Assembly: GCF_009914755.1 (NCBI RefSeq)
Contig: NC_060926.1
DNA length: 64,000 nt
From: the human T2T-CHM13v2.0 reference genome, Homo sapiens
Direction: 5' to 3' (one strand)
Part shown: one piece after another, positions 28,038 through 41,230 of the stretch
Numbering within the stretch: position 1 is the first letter of the stretch
How the letters are laid out: every line of letters begins with the position of its first letter
The notes under the pieces: model-generated
What the model saw: the letters and a program-made list of their open reading frames with translations, nothing else
Database searches by the model: none
What the model was told of the DNA's origin: nothing
Program-made: the position numbers and the translations under genes

Positions 28038-30505
28038 GTTGATAACAACCAGAAGTTGACTTGTTAGTGCTGTGCTTCTACTTGAGCTTGGAAAAATCCC
28101 AACACAAAACAAACACCACCTCCGATTCCATCATGATGCCACGTTGCTTTCTACTGGATTACCTCCTGAAGCACTTTAGATATCTTATACATAAGTATTG
28201 ACATGTTTTTCAGAAGCTGTTTCTTCACTTATTGCTTTTTTCTAATAATTTTTATTACACCATTTGCCAAGTCCTTCCCTTTGGTTTTAGTTTATTCCTC
28301 TCTATAACTAAAAAAGGGATCTTGAGTTTAGGTACATTTTAAGTGATTCATTTTTAGTTTTTCTAATTCTGGAATCTGAGCCTTCTCTTACAACAGGGAG
28401 TCTTTCGAACACATTTTTTTGTTTCTTTTTCAAATTCCACTGTGTTTATTTATTGCCTTGTTTCTTTTTCAAATTCCATTGGTCTTGATTTAATTTAGTT
28501 CCACAGATTTTACTGATAGTCTACTACCTGCCAACTACTGAATTATGCAGCAGACTTATAAAAATAAAAAGGCTATTTTATTGTTATTGCCATCCTGCTA
28601 GTAAAGATTTATTCAATTATTTATAATTAATTAAGTGGCTTCACCTATATTTCTGTTAATAATCACATTAATTATGTATGACAGGTAGGATTTATGTTAT
28701 AGATAAGAAAACTAGAGTCCAAAGAAAATAAGTGTCCCCAAATGAACCAATAATCCAACAAACGCTTCCACTAACTAGCTTCTGACCTGTTTGAGTTGTG
28801 ATAGATTTTAGAATAAAAAAGCCCATCCTCCTTAGGAGCCATAGACTTTTATTCTTTCTTATACTGTCTTATATATTGACTTAGAGCTAAACTTCCTCCA
28901 ATTCAGACATAAAGCATAGGCAGATACTTTTGCTAATGAGGCTAAGCTGGGAAGAAAACCCTGAGTTCTACTTTAATTCTTGGGCATTGACTTCAAACTA
29001 AGATGACTTAAAAGAAATAAAAGAAGTAAATTTGAAACTTTAATAAAAAAAGTACACGGTTCATTTAAAAATGTTTCCTATGTCTAAATCTATATTTTAA
29101 AAATAACCTTTATCATGTAAAATGAAAGAATTGCTGAGTTTATGACAATCTTAGGTATAACCTTTTCTTAAAGAACAAGGCATCAATCTTTAATTTGTTT
29201 CCCTTTCTTGATTTCTCATAAGTTGCAAAATAAAAATAAAAATAATTTCACAAATTGTTCATTATTATTATCCTCCCTACTTGCCCCAGGATTTAAGTAC
29301 TAACTTTTACTTCCTACTCTTAGACTTTGTATTGCCAAAGAAATAAAATATGAAAAAGCATAATCACCCAGACCTACCTGCGGAATTGTGGATTATGCTG
29401 TAGATATTAGATCATTGAAAGGAACAATATACTACTTAATGAGGAGCCAAAGACAACATTCTACCTGCTGCTCCCTTCAAGCTGAGGAATGAGTTTAATT
29501 GACTTCAAAGTCCCATTATTCTCAAAAGTAGCAAAGGTACAACATGGCTTTGCATGAATCAAAGGAAGGGAACAACAAGAACTTAAAAAAATAGTTTGCA
29601 GATGGTTGAACATCTCTTTAATAATTAGAGAAGAATATCTTTTCTTTCTTTATTGTTTACAGATACCAACATTTTTCAAAGCCTTGCAGTAGATGAGTGA
29701 GTCTCCTGTTACATTTCTCCTGCAGCATATATTCTGTGGATGTGTTTTCCTAAGCAGACTAATTATATGTTGCTCTCTTCTTTTACCCTAATGAAACACA
29801 GATTTTTCTGTTTTGAATTTGTCACTTGTTTGTTACATTTGTCAAGTGTTTTAAATATTACATTGGTCCTTTATTTGCTTTTGAGAACACCCAATAGTTT
29901 AAAAATTAAAATGACATGAAGGTCAATTCTAAGACAGGAATGATACTACTAAATCCTGGACTTGCCTATGATAACAAGCTCGAGCTACACACTTTTATTG
30001 TCAGAATAAATGGAATATATAGGAAGGAGTTAATTGGAACTGGTTAGTACCTAAATAAGATTTTTCAAAGTAAGTTTTTTGTCGTATTGGCAGAACAGTG
30101 TTAAAAAATAGACATTGTCATCATAAACACCCACAACTATATCTGTAAAAGATAATTTAATGCAATATTCTGGGGAAAATACAGTTGCCAAAATTAATCT
30201 CCTTGTTTTCTTTCATTGTGCAATGTGGAGTTAAATTTTTTTTCTATTGAGCAGTGTTTGTGTGTGTGTTTGTGTCTATAATTTATATATGTGCTTGTAT
30301 ACATTTCTATATACACATGTATGTGTATGCAAAATATGTATATATACACATATATATAAAATGTACACTAAATATGTATATATGTATATTCATAAAATGT
30401 TTTGCTGTATGGAAATAAAAAAGAAGCTTTCTAAAGGAAAGATAGAGAAGAAATTTAACCTGATTTCTATTAAATTAAGCACAGAGAAATAAAACTTTAC
30501 TAAAG

Positions 30506-30894
30506 GGCCAGGTGCGGTGGCTCAAGCCTGTAATCCCAGCACTTTGTGAGGCCAAGGCTGGCAGATCACTTGAGGTCAGGTGTTTGAGAATAGCCTGGCC
30601 ACATGGTGAAACCCTGTCTCTACTAAAAACACAAAAATTAGCCGGGCATGGTGGCATGTGCCTTTAGTCCCAGCTACTCAGGAGGCTGAGGCAGGAGAAT
30701 TATTAGTCCCCAGGGTGGCTAGCAGGGCCTAGGGAAGCTGGAGATCCTGGGGTGACTGTCCCTGGCAGAGCTGGAGGTTGCAGTGACTGTCCCTGGAGTT
30801 GGAGGTTGCAGTGAGCCGATATCGCGCCACTGCACTCCAGCCTGGGTGACAGAGCGAGACTCCATCTCAAAACAAAACAAAACAAAAACAGAAA
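30506..30894 (+). mobile_element. AluS-type element carrying a non-Alu insertion in its right arm
   Basis: ggccaggtgcggtggctc...(caaaa)n tail; TSD aa(a/c)actttactaaa; foreign sequence 30705-30798. Confidence 0.92.
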
Positions 30895-31419
30895 AACACT
30901 TTACTAAACAAATACCTCCCAAAGTTATAATTTCCATATTCTTGTCTGTTAGGGAGAAGCCAGGTGAGAACAGAGGAGGACATCCAGAGTAAACTGGACA
31001 CAGTAACAGAGGTGAGGAGGTCCTCACAAAGGGTGCCTCCGGTGAAAAGAGAAAGATAGCCAGAGGGAGAGGACCCGAGGGAGGGCAAGGCCAGCTCCTT
31101 CCCTCTCCCTCTCTGGCCACACAACTTATTCTTAGCAGCTTCCTGTCCACTGCTGCTAAGTCATTTCCACATGAACGCGTCTTTTGCACCATGGCTATTT
31201 TCCTTTTGCCCCCATTTCTGTCTGAGGAAAGGTTTGATGGTGATTTCAGTGTTGACACACTCGACTTTTAGACTGCAGCTGACTTACCATGCTTGTTGAA
31301 TGAGTCTGTTCCTCTCACATGGACAGTTTCCACTTATGAAAAGTCCCTTCCTTTTTCATTTCCTCTGCAGAAAGCTTGTTTTGCTAATGAGGAGTCCATG
31401 AAATTGGGGGAGTTTGCTG

Positions 31420-31420
<1 letters not shown>

Positions 31421-31454
<34 letters not shown>
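31421..31454. repeat. (TG)17 microsatellite
   Basis: Direct reading. Confidence 0.95.
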
Positions 31455-31468
<14 letters not shown>

Positions 31469-33272
31469 CATAGTTTTCCTCTTTGAGAAATTGCTATTGT
31501 TGCTTCTCAGTGCACCTGGATGTCTGATGATATTTTTTATTTAACGAGCTGTCTAGGAAATACAAAGGTTACTGTTATTTTATCTTTATGTTGATATTTT
31601 TCTCTTTAATATTTGCATTAAAATTGTTCCCCCAAATAGAATATCTACATGATATAGCAACCAGTGAACAAATCAACATATCTACCTACACATATATATA
31701 TAAATCTATATATTAATCTCTCTCTGTATCTAATTAATATATACGTATAATTTAGCCTTTCCTCTCAAGCAAGGACATAAGTGGTAAATTAATGATAATA
31801 TAATCTTTACTATGGAATGGCTGGTCTACTCTGCATGGAGCAACCTCTCCATCATGTGGACTTTTAAGATATTGCTACTAAAGTTAAAGCCATGCTATGC
31901 TCTTGAAACTGTAAATATCAATTAATTTTAAAAGAAAGGGATGAAGCTCTAGGTAGGTTTTTATTTGTATAGCTCATATTATTTCTGTTTTTCTATGTGT
32001 CAGGTGATATTCTCAGCACCTTGTATAGAACATTTCACTTAATCATTCCAAAAGTACCTATTAGATAGGCACTTTAATTATTTCCATTTTATAGATGAAA
32101 AAATTTAGGCTTGTCCAAGACCACAGCACTGGTAAGTGACAAAGTGAAGTCCAAAATTGAACTGAAGGCCAAATTTCATGAGATATCTTGGGTGAGATAT
32201 TTCTTGCCTCAAGTCTTCCACATAAAATGTAACAAATTTAATGGTATCTGGATAAATACAAAATAATATTATTTTCTGTTCATCAAGGGCCAAAAAATGG
32301 GTCAGATACTGTCTGGACCCTTTAAATATTCTTTGTCATTATTTTACCATTCTATCAAAGTATTAATGGTTAAGAAATGTCTTCAGATTAGAAAATGTTA
32401 CAGTTAGCAGCTACCAACCACCAATGACTAAGAATTAGTCATTATTTTTCTAAATCCTGTATGGTTCCCATTATTAATCGTCAAGGCTGTAGGAAATCAA
32501 CTAGGAAATGTGAACTTTTCTTCTTAGCAAAGTTTAGGATTTGCTGTTATGAACATATCTCTACACCAGCAGACCCAACTCCCCAAGCATACAGACAAGA
32601 GAGAGATGAAGAGATCTTACTGTTTCTCTCACATAATTCAGGTTTGCTTTTAGTATGCTATTAAGAATTGATGCACTCCCCATTTGTCTGCTCTGAGAAA
32701 AAAAAACATAAATGGCTTTTGGGATTTTGCAGATCTAAAGTGCTTGAAAAGTGGGTCTTATTTTGACTAAATTAACTGGAGATGTTATCTGAAAAGGACT
32801 GACTCAATCACATACCAAGCAGGACAAATAATAATACACTTTTCCTTCCTGCCTTCATTCATTTATTCACATCCATTTATTCCACAAATATTTACTGAAC
32901 ATTTACAGTGTGTAAAACTCAGTGCTTTTTTCCCTAAAAATCTAGCAGCAAGTGTATGACAGAGAGCTGCAATTCTTTCGCACAGAGGGATAGCAGATCA
33001 GTGTTCATCCAAAGAGGAGATGGAGTTCTGGTTAGAGGAATGAGAAGAGGCTTTGCAAGAGAGCAGGCAAATGCACAGATCCTTAGAGGAAGGAGGGACA
33101 GGGACAGGTAAAGATGACAAAGGGAGCAGCAAGACTCAGGTAGAAGAGGCACTCAGTGCAAAGGCATCAGGAACAGTGAATACTGTAATGAAGGCTAGAC
33201 TGAAAATGGGCTGGGTTAGGCTGTGAGGGGCTTTGAAAATTATGCTAAGGAGTTTAAGCTTTACCTGCTGGC

Positions 33273-33434
33273 CAGTGGCTCTCAAAGTGAGATCCCCAGT
33301 CTACCAGCATTAGCTTTGCTTCAGGCCCATCCCAGAACTACTGAATCAGAGTCTCTGGGGATGGGGCTTAGACTTCTGTAGTTTAACAAACCCTTAAGGC
33401 CATGTTGATGCATGCTAAGGGTTGAGAACCAGTG
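33273..33434. mobile_element. MER5A-like hAT-Charlie MITE
   Basis: Imperfect TIRs cagtggctctcaa / ttgagaaccagtg; core aggcccatcccagaactactgaatcagagtctctggggatgggg. Confidence 0.8.
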
Positions 33435-33644
33435 CTGTAGCCAGGCCTTCCAAACGGATGTGTGTACTGGGAATGAGTGGCAGGTGTGCTGGAGATAGAT
33501 AGTGACATTTGCAGTCCTCAGGGTGGCTAGCAGGGCCTGGAGAAGCTGGAGCTCCTGGGGTGACTGTCCCTGGCAGAAGCAGCCTCATTCTTTTTCCTAG
33601 GGTACCAAGTTCTTTGACCTGAAATAGTAGTGCTGTGCAGAGCA

Positions 33645-33931
33645 GGCCTGTGGGCCAAATTTGCCATGTAGCTGGTCTTTGCATGCTCTCTCCCCACCAG
33701 CTAAGAATAGTTTACACTTTTAAATGGTTGTGAAGGAGAAAAGGAAGAGAAAGGAGAAGGATCAGAAGAAACAGAAGGAGGAGGAGAAGAAAATGATGAA
33801 GGAGGAGGAGAAAGGAAAGGAGAAGAGGGGGAGGAGGAGCAGCAGGATGAGGGTGGTATAATGGTATGTGGCTTCCAAAGCCTAAAATATTTACTATCTG
33901 ACCCTTTACAGAAAAATTTTGCTGACCTCTG
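33645..33931. mobile_element. MER58-like hAT element with internal GA-rich repeat
   Basis: ggcctgtgggccaaat...aaagcctaaaatatttactatctgaccctttacagaaaaattttgctgacctctg; (gga/gaa)n at about 33733-33855. Confidence 0.75.
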
Positions 33932-34269
33932 ATGTAGACAAGGAGAAATTGTTTTTAAGAAGAGGAGCAATATGTCCAAAGAATTCATTAGGGAGATTTA
34001 GCATAACAACTGTATACAGAAAAGACTAAGTAAAAAGAGCTGGAAAGAGAAGCCAAATGTTCAACACAGGTAAAGTGGTAAAGACTTAAAGAATGCAACG
34101 CTCTTTGATTAGAAAGAAGAAATGAGTCTATAATCCTTATAGAAATTATACGCTTTAAATTGACCCAAGCACAATGCCATGGCAAGGTTCTCAACAGCTG
34201 AAGAAATCATAGATTCTCTCAAGTTCAGCAATCTCTTGAAGTTTGGTTTAGTTTTGAAAGAGTAAAACG

Positions 34270-34490
34270 ATGCTGAGGGCATGAACTCTGAAATCAGAAT
34301 CCCAAGCCTGCATCTTCCAGGATGGAAGACCATGAATGCATTGCTTCTCCTAGCTTTGTCTCAGTCCTCCTCTCTATAAAATGGATATAACAGTAATATT
34401 TATCTCTTAGGATTGCTGTGAGAAATAAGTTGGTAGAGACACGAAACTTAGAACTTAGCAGACTTATGTAAGCACTCAATGAATTTTAGC
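34270..34490 (+). mobile_element. MIR fragment
   Basis: ctctgaaatcagaatcc...tctcagtcctcctctctataaaatggatataacagtaatatttatctcttaggattgctgtgag...gtaagcactcaat. Confidence 0.65.
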
Positions 34491-34508
34491 GATTACATGT
34501 TCAGATAT

Positions 34509-34541
34509 AAAAACTGTAATTACTTTTGCACCAACCTAATA
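34509..34541. mobile_element. Half MADE1 (Hsmar1-derived MITE)
   Basis: aaaaactgtaattacttttgcaccaacctaa+ta matches one MADE1 terminal inverted repeat. Confidence 0.8.
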
Positions 34542-35073
34542 GGTTTGCATCACATAGCCAGGAACAAATGCCAATATAAATGAACAAACAATAGCTAACA
34601 CTAAGGTACATGAATCAACAGGCTCTAAGTTCCTTACCTCTATCAATATACTTACTTCTTGCAACAATCTTAAGAGGTAAACCCCGAAAGGCTTCAGGAA
34701 TATATAGCTGCCTTCAACTTAACAAATTCAATCAAAAACAGTCAGGCTATGTTGTGTGCAAGCCGTGTTAGGCTATGGGAAAACAAAGTAACAAAACATA
34801 AACCCCTGACCCCATGGAATGTCTAGTCTACCTTGCAGACTAAGTGAAGAATGCTATGTAGATGCTATCTGTAACAACAACAAAATGGAGTTTGTTTACA
34901 AATAAGAGATTAAATGCATATTACTTTTGTAATCTGAGACAGATATCATTCAAACTATCATTTAAAAGGCGCTGTAGCTGTCACTTGCTTCTGTTTTTCA
35001 GTGGGAAAATTGTGATTTCAATGAGTGGAGCAGGAGTTAGAAAACAAGGAGTTTAGAAACTTGAAATCTCTAA

Positions 35074-35382
<309 letters not shown>

Positions 35383-37879
35383 GAAATCTCTAATTTAATA
35401 TTTCATCTGAAACCACCAAGTTTTTATATGCCCACACACACACTCATACACACAAACACACACACATACTAAGGTAAAATTGATTCATGCTTGATGCACA
35501 GGTATATTCTTAATTCTAAATAGACATTTTTATTTTCACTTGTTCATATGCATGTATGATATTATTCATCAGAAAATCAATTTTTAATAATGAACTCTAG
35601 TACACTTTAATACCTTTTAGAATGAGTACATTAAAAAGGACATATTTTATATCTATATTTAAGTAATAATTTAGAAATGCTAAGATGGAATGCCAATGAA
35701 GTTGAGGGTAAAAGTAAACATTTCATCAACATCCAAAGTAAGGATTTTGAAAAAAAAATTTTTTTAAGGAGTATGTGATCTCTAAAAGATAATTTATAGG
35801 ATCATATCTATAGAAAAAAAGTTTGACTTGGAAAAAAAATAGATTCCTGCTCTTCGTATAAACTCTCGCTCACTACAGATCATAATATTAATTTTTTCTT
35901 CCATACGTATGAGATCAGGAAGATTTTATATATATGTGTGTGTTTCTGTGTGTGTGTGTGTGTGTATACACTTCAGCTGTGTATTTCAAGATATAATATC
36001 AGTTAGTGGCTATTACTATTTACCTTCCAGAAGTTTATTAAACATGCCTTGGGTCACTCTGTTATCTTAAAATTTAAAATTACAGCACATAGATTAATAC
36101 TACAGCCCCTCGATTTTGTACCTCCTCACAGGTTTAGTTCCCATTACCTTTGGAGCATCTGACTTCTGAATAGGTTGGTGCACGTCTACCTCTGTGCTCT
36201 GAAAGCAAGAAACACCTGAAAGCATGACATTGCCACATTAGTAGGGCTTTCTGAGCCTGGCTTTGCCTAGAGAAAAGCTGAATGTTGTGAGTTTTGTATT
36301 TATTTAATTTAAAAGTCCTTCAGTCAGGGGAGGTTCCTGAGAATCCTGTGCATGCTTCAGCCTCTTCAAGGTGCAAATCCAAAACAGAAAATAAGACACC
36401 CAAACAAGAAACAATTACACTGTTGGTTGGCTTATGATGGGATGTAAATACAGGACCCAAAAAGACAGAAAGTTGTACCATATGCAGAAAAATTTGCCCA
36501 ACCAAATTCAGTTGCCCAAAGCCAATGCTTCTTCAGTAAACCAAAGAACAAATGTCGTCTCACACACTGCCCATCTTTTTCCTTTTCAGTTCTCCCTCAT
36601 TCCTACTGCCTAAAACGAATCTTTTCTCACTGTGTGGCTCACCCCACAGTTTCAGATGGAATGAGGTCTCCCAGATACCCATCCTGCACACTCTCTGGGC
36701 TTATGTCACTGTGAAAATACACCCAGCTCCCTTTCCTTCTGTAAACCAATATCAGCTCCCTGTTTTCTTTTTGTTTTCCTTGGTATATTATGTTTCTGAA
36801 TTCAGATGGCTTGCTGCTTCCAAAGTTAACACAAACCCTTTTCCTTCCACTCTAGGCTTGGCAATTAGCTCTAATGTTTAATGTCCTCTCCATCACCCTA
36901 CCCCATACATTTCAAGCGTATTCTCCATAACTTTTTCTGTATTTTAAGGTTTTAAAAAAAGCTGACAGATAAGAGTGAAACACATCAAACTATGTTTTTA
37001 GGTTAACAGTTATGTATTTATCACTTGTGCAAGGTAAAGTTGCCTTTGTACGCTATATAATTCAATTGCAATATTTGATAGGCCAATGAAAACAGGATCA
37101 ATCAACTATGTTAATGCCTCTTATGAAGAATTTTGCTTTCAAAGATTTTTTTTGCTCTAAAAGCCATATGGTCATGCTCACACATTTAATGTCTTTTTTC
37201 AAGTCTTAATGTCTTTCCTCCAAGTCCTCCTCTAATTATTTGTGTAAGGAACCACATTTCATCAATACAGATACATACACTTCATTAAATGACGCAAGAG
37301 CCTGAACCTTTAGCCTTTGTTCCATGACGTTTGCTGATAGATCTAAGGAAGGGTACAGTAGTCAAAAGTCACTTGTTAAGAACCTCTACTGTGAAGAAAA
37401 ACAACCTTGTATTTAAGTGGCTAGTAGGTGCTTAGAATAGTATGTAATTACTGTCTAGAACAGTGATTTGTATAGAAATCACCTAGTTATCTTTGTAAAA
37501 TGCCAATTCCAGTTTAATAGAAACCTGAGATTATTTTTAAGAAGTTCACAGGTGTGGACCACATTTTGAGTAGCAAAAGTGTAGAGTGAGGACCAGTGGT
37601 TACTTTTGAAAAGGACACTTTACAGTCATATATTAAGTATGGAAAATGGTTTCTCCCATCCACAAAAATAAAAGACACCTTTTCTACAGTAATACATGGT
37701 TAAATTGGTCACCAAAGCACACACCGTCCTGCTGTTGGTCACTGAAAATTCTTCCCTCTCATAGTGATAGTTTTTAGGGACAAGAGCCTGCAAAATGGAA
37801 CAAAGAGTAAAAAAGGAAGGTAATGAATATCATAAGCAGAAAAAAACATGACAGATCCTACTCCAGTGGCCAGAGGCAA

Positions 37880-38080
37880 TCTAGCCTAGTGGTTTTGAGT
37901 CAGACTCCCTTAGACTTCAGATCTGGTTCCTCTACTTACTAGTTGCTTGACCTTACACAAATTATTTTACCTTCCTCTGCCACACTTCCTTACCTATAAT
38001 AACGAATAATAATGCCTTACAGAGTAGTTGTAGGAAGTAAAAGAGATAATGTAAGAAAATAATATAATGCACTAGTATGA
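37880..38080 (+). mobile_element. MIR fragment
   Basis: agcctagtggttttgagtcagact...tctacttactagttgcttgacctt...cctctgccacacttccttacctataa. Confidence 0.6.
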
Positions 38081-39115
38081 CTACAATAAACTAAAACTAC
38101 ATGATTATACTCTTTAATTGTCAGAGATAAAAATATATCAACTGAGATGCAAAGGAAACTCTCCAACCTTCACACATATTAAGCAAATTACCTAGAAATT
38201 AATTAATGTTATTAAGCAATAAAAAGCCTCAACTAGAGCTTTAAACATAATGTTGGCCCATATATAGAAAATGTATCTTAAATATTTACAATTACCTCCA
38301 AAGAAATGATAAGATTAATGTAATAATGCAGGACATTATTAGGTGTTTGCTTTTTAGACTCTAAAATATACATTGTCTTTATTGTCCAGGACTTGTATTA
38401 AATGGTAGAGAAGGTTTGCCGTATTTAGAAAAACATTTAAACAGAGGACAGAAGGCTTAATATATTATTGCTTCCAAAGGAAATATGTGTTTTATATCTA
38501 AATTATATTTCTAAACATAAATATGGACTTTCATATTTAAAATATAGCCTTTGAAAGCTTTTTGATATTAGGTGGAAATTTATCATGTAATCATACTTAA
38601 AGTAAAAAATTCAGCTAAGTGTCACATATTTGATGACCAGTTAAGTGTTTACATCTTCTTCTGGAACTCATTGGCTTCATAGAGACACAGCCTAAGGTTT
38701 CACACATACCATGCCAGTTACTCTTAATTCAATTAATTGAGACTCACTGGGTCTTCACCTTGATTCAACACTCTTTGCTACTTTATTCTTCTCTGGTGTT
38801 GCCTTATTCACGTTGCTCTTCTTCACAGACCCTTTCCTTCTGCTGTGCTTCTGCCCAGCCCCACGTGGATGTTGTAGAAAGAAAACAAGGTGCCGGAGAA
38901 ACACAGAACCAAATCCAGTGTGGAGTCTGCCAATGGAGACCTGCATGGCCAATGGAGACCTGCATGGCCTTGGACAAAGCTTTTTCTCTGAGACTTGGTT
39001 TCCTTTGTTCATATCAACACCACTTTACTGGATTACTGTGAGGATTTGAGATAATATTGTTAAGCATTGACATGGAGGCCACACATGGAAAATAGGCAAT
39101 GTTTATAAACTTGTT

Positions 39116-39121
39116 TTTATT
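39116..39121 (-). terminator. Candidate distal polyA signal of PDE1A
   Basis: tttatt on + strand at the end of the TE-poor UTR block, just before a MIR. Confidence 0.55.
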
Positions 39122-41183
39122 TACTAAATGCCAACTGATGCACCACTTAGTCCTGAAAGCTCTGAAGACAGAAGCAGTTTTTTACCTCCTCAAATATACA
39201 TAGGTGCATTTTATTTGCAACTGGTTACTTTTTTATGTGGCATTCTAGTTATTAGGTATAAATTACAGTCTGTGTAGATTATCTCCTTTATAAGACTTGA
39301 AATTTCTAGAGGAAATATTGCCATATTCATATATGCACCATGCTTCCAGCCAGGAGCTTATGAATAATAGGTATAATAATAAGTAATTCAATCAGTATTT
39401 ATTTAATGGAACAAAAAGCACTTTCTTACCAAACTCATATCAATTTTTAAGTTGGTCTCCTTTGGGTTTCCCCCAATTTCTCCAACTTTTCAATGCCTCA
39501 CTAAATTGAATTGCATAAAACACCAAATGTTTCACAATGTTTTCCCTCAAATATGATTTATTTAGCAATCACATGTAATAAGAAACACAGAAAAATACAG
39601 CATAATAAAAACACAAGAATTGTAGGTTGTTATGTTAAAAATTAAATAAAAGAGGTTTCGGTTAAATGAAAAGGCATATAAACTGCAAGATATATATGTT
39701 GGGGAGCTGAGGTTAAAAATGCAAAGCAGGACATTCACGGTGCAACAGCCTAACCTATCAATCCCTCTCTTCAGATGGCCTCAACAGTAATGTTTGCAGA
39801 AAGACATGCACAGATAACCTCCACTCTGACTTTCTACTAATTAGTGCTCAGTAGTAGCTGTCTTACAGAGAGGAAAACAAAGGAAGGAATAAATATAAAA
39901 GCTTAAAAGAAAAATAAAGAAAAGGAGGGAGTATAGCAGATAGAAAGAGAGAGATTAGGAAAATAAGTACAGCAGTAGCATGACAATACTTCTGAAGGAG
40001 TAAAACTTTTTTTTCTTTTTTTTTTTTTTACTGTCTCTGGAAGTTTGGTCACAGTGCTTTATAAGTCGCATAACCTGGAAAATTAGGTTAAAGCCCATAT
40101 ACAGAAATTGATGAATTCTTTATATTCCTCTACTTTTTAGTAATAAGGTCTTATAGATCTTAAAGTACTAATAGAAACAAAGTGGATATGCTTCCTATGA
40201 CATTTAAGAAGTAGTATTTCTATTTACTTCTTTGAGAGATTCTATAGCTTTACTGAAAGACAACTGGCTCAAATAGGAACAATAGTAATTAGACTCCCCA
40301 GATAGATTCTATTTTAAATGCATGATATTTTCAAGCTGGTAAATAGCTTGCTTTAAAAAGACATTAAAAGCAGTAGTTACAGTCTCTCCATAAATAGAAA
40401 TAAAAAGTCCATTTGAAAGGACAAAAAGTAACCATGATGTACATATCTATAAATGTTTTCCCCAGCACATTATTATAGATCAATCTTACTCCTTACATTT
40501 AAAAGATCAATTACCTCATAATGTCTATAATACAATTCAATTATTTAGCTGTGTTTTGCACAAGATTCAGGTGAAACTAAAGCTAAGGATCTATTCACAG
40601 AACAATTAAAAGCATTTATACAGCCTACATCCAAATATATCTTAAATTACAATGATGCATAATAAATATGCATATAGAATATGGCTTACACATTAAAAGA
40701 GATCTAAGTTGTGAGTTATAAAATCTCACCACTCAGGCTTAAAAGCTTCCAATTGTACCCTTTTCTAAAATATTGCTTAACATTGTGGAGCCCAGGAAGG
40801 AAGCAGATGCAGCAGAAAACTTGTTAGGATGCATGGATCCTCCTTTGCATGATTTAATTTATGGCTACTCCTGATTCTTTCCAGACAATTTTTACCTTTC
40901 ACAAAGATAAATTCACTGAAGCTCACAATCATTGCAATGCTTGTACAGTGAAAAGTTACAACATCTAATTGTGCTTGATCTTTCTTGTCAGCTAACAATG
41001 CATAAAGGTAGTTTTTCAGCTTTAAGCAAAGGAAAGACTTTGCACATGCTCAGGCAAAACATGACAAGGAAGCAGGGCCTCTGAGGGCTGCAGTTTGTTT
41101 CTGTGTAGTAAAATATAAAAGTCACATCAAATAATGTTATCTGTACAGAAAAGTGTGGGTTTTCATTTTCATAGACATTTTTG

Positions 41184-41184
<1 letters not shown>

Positions 41185-41228
<44 letters not shown>
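41185..41228. repeat. (AC)22 microsatellite, read as a (GU)22 tract in PDE1A mRNA
   Basis: Direct reading. Confidence 0.95.

Positions 41229-41230
<2 letters not shown>

Noticed and set aside
30703-31258. Cluster of ORFs up to 179 aa
   Set aside because: Alu-derived or chance frames across a locally GC-richer stretch; no recognisable domain.
38755-39049. Three overlapping ORFs of 78-93 aa
   Set aside because: Overlap a MIR-like segment and the 19-bp duplication; no coding signature.
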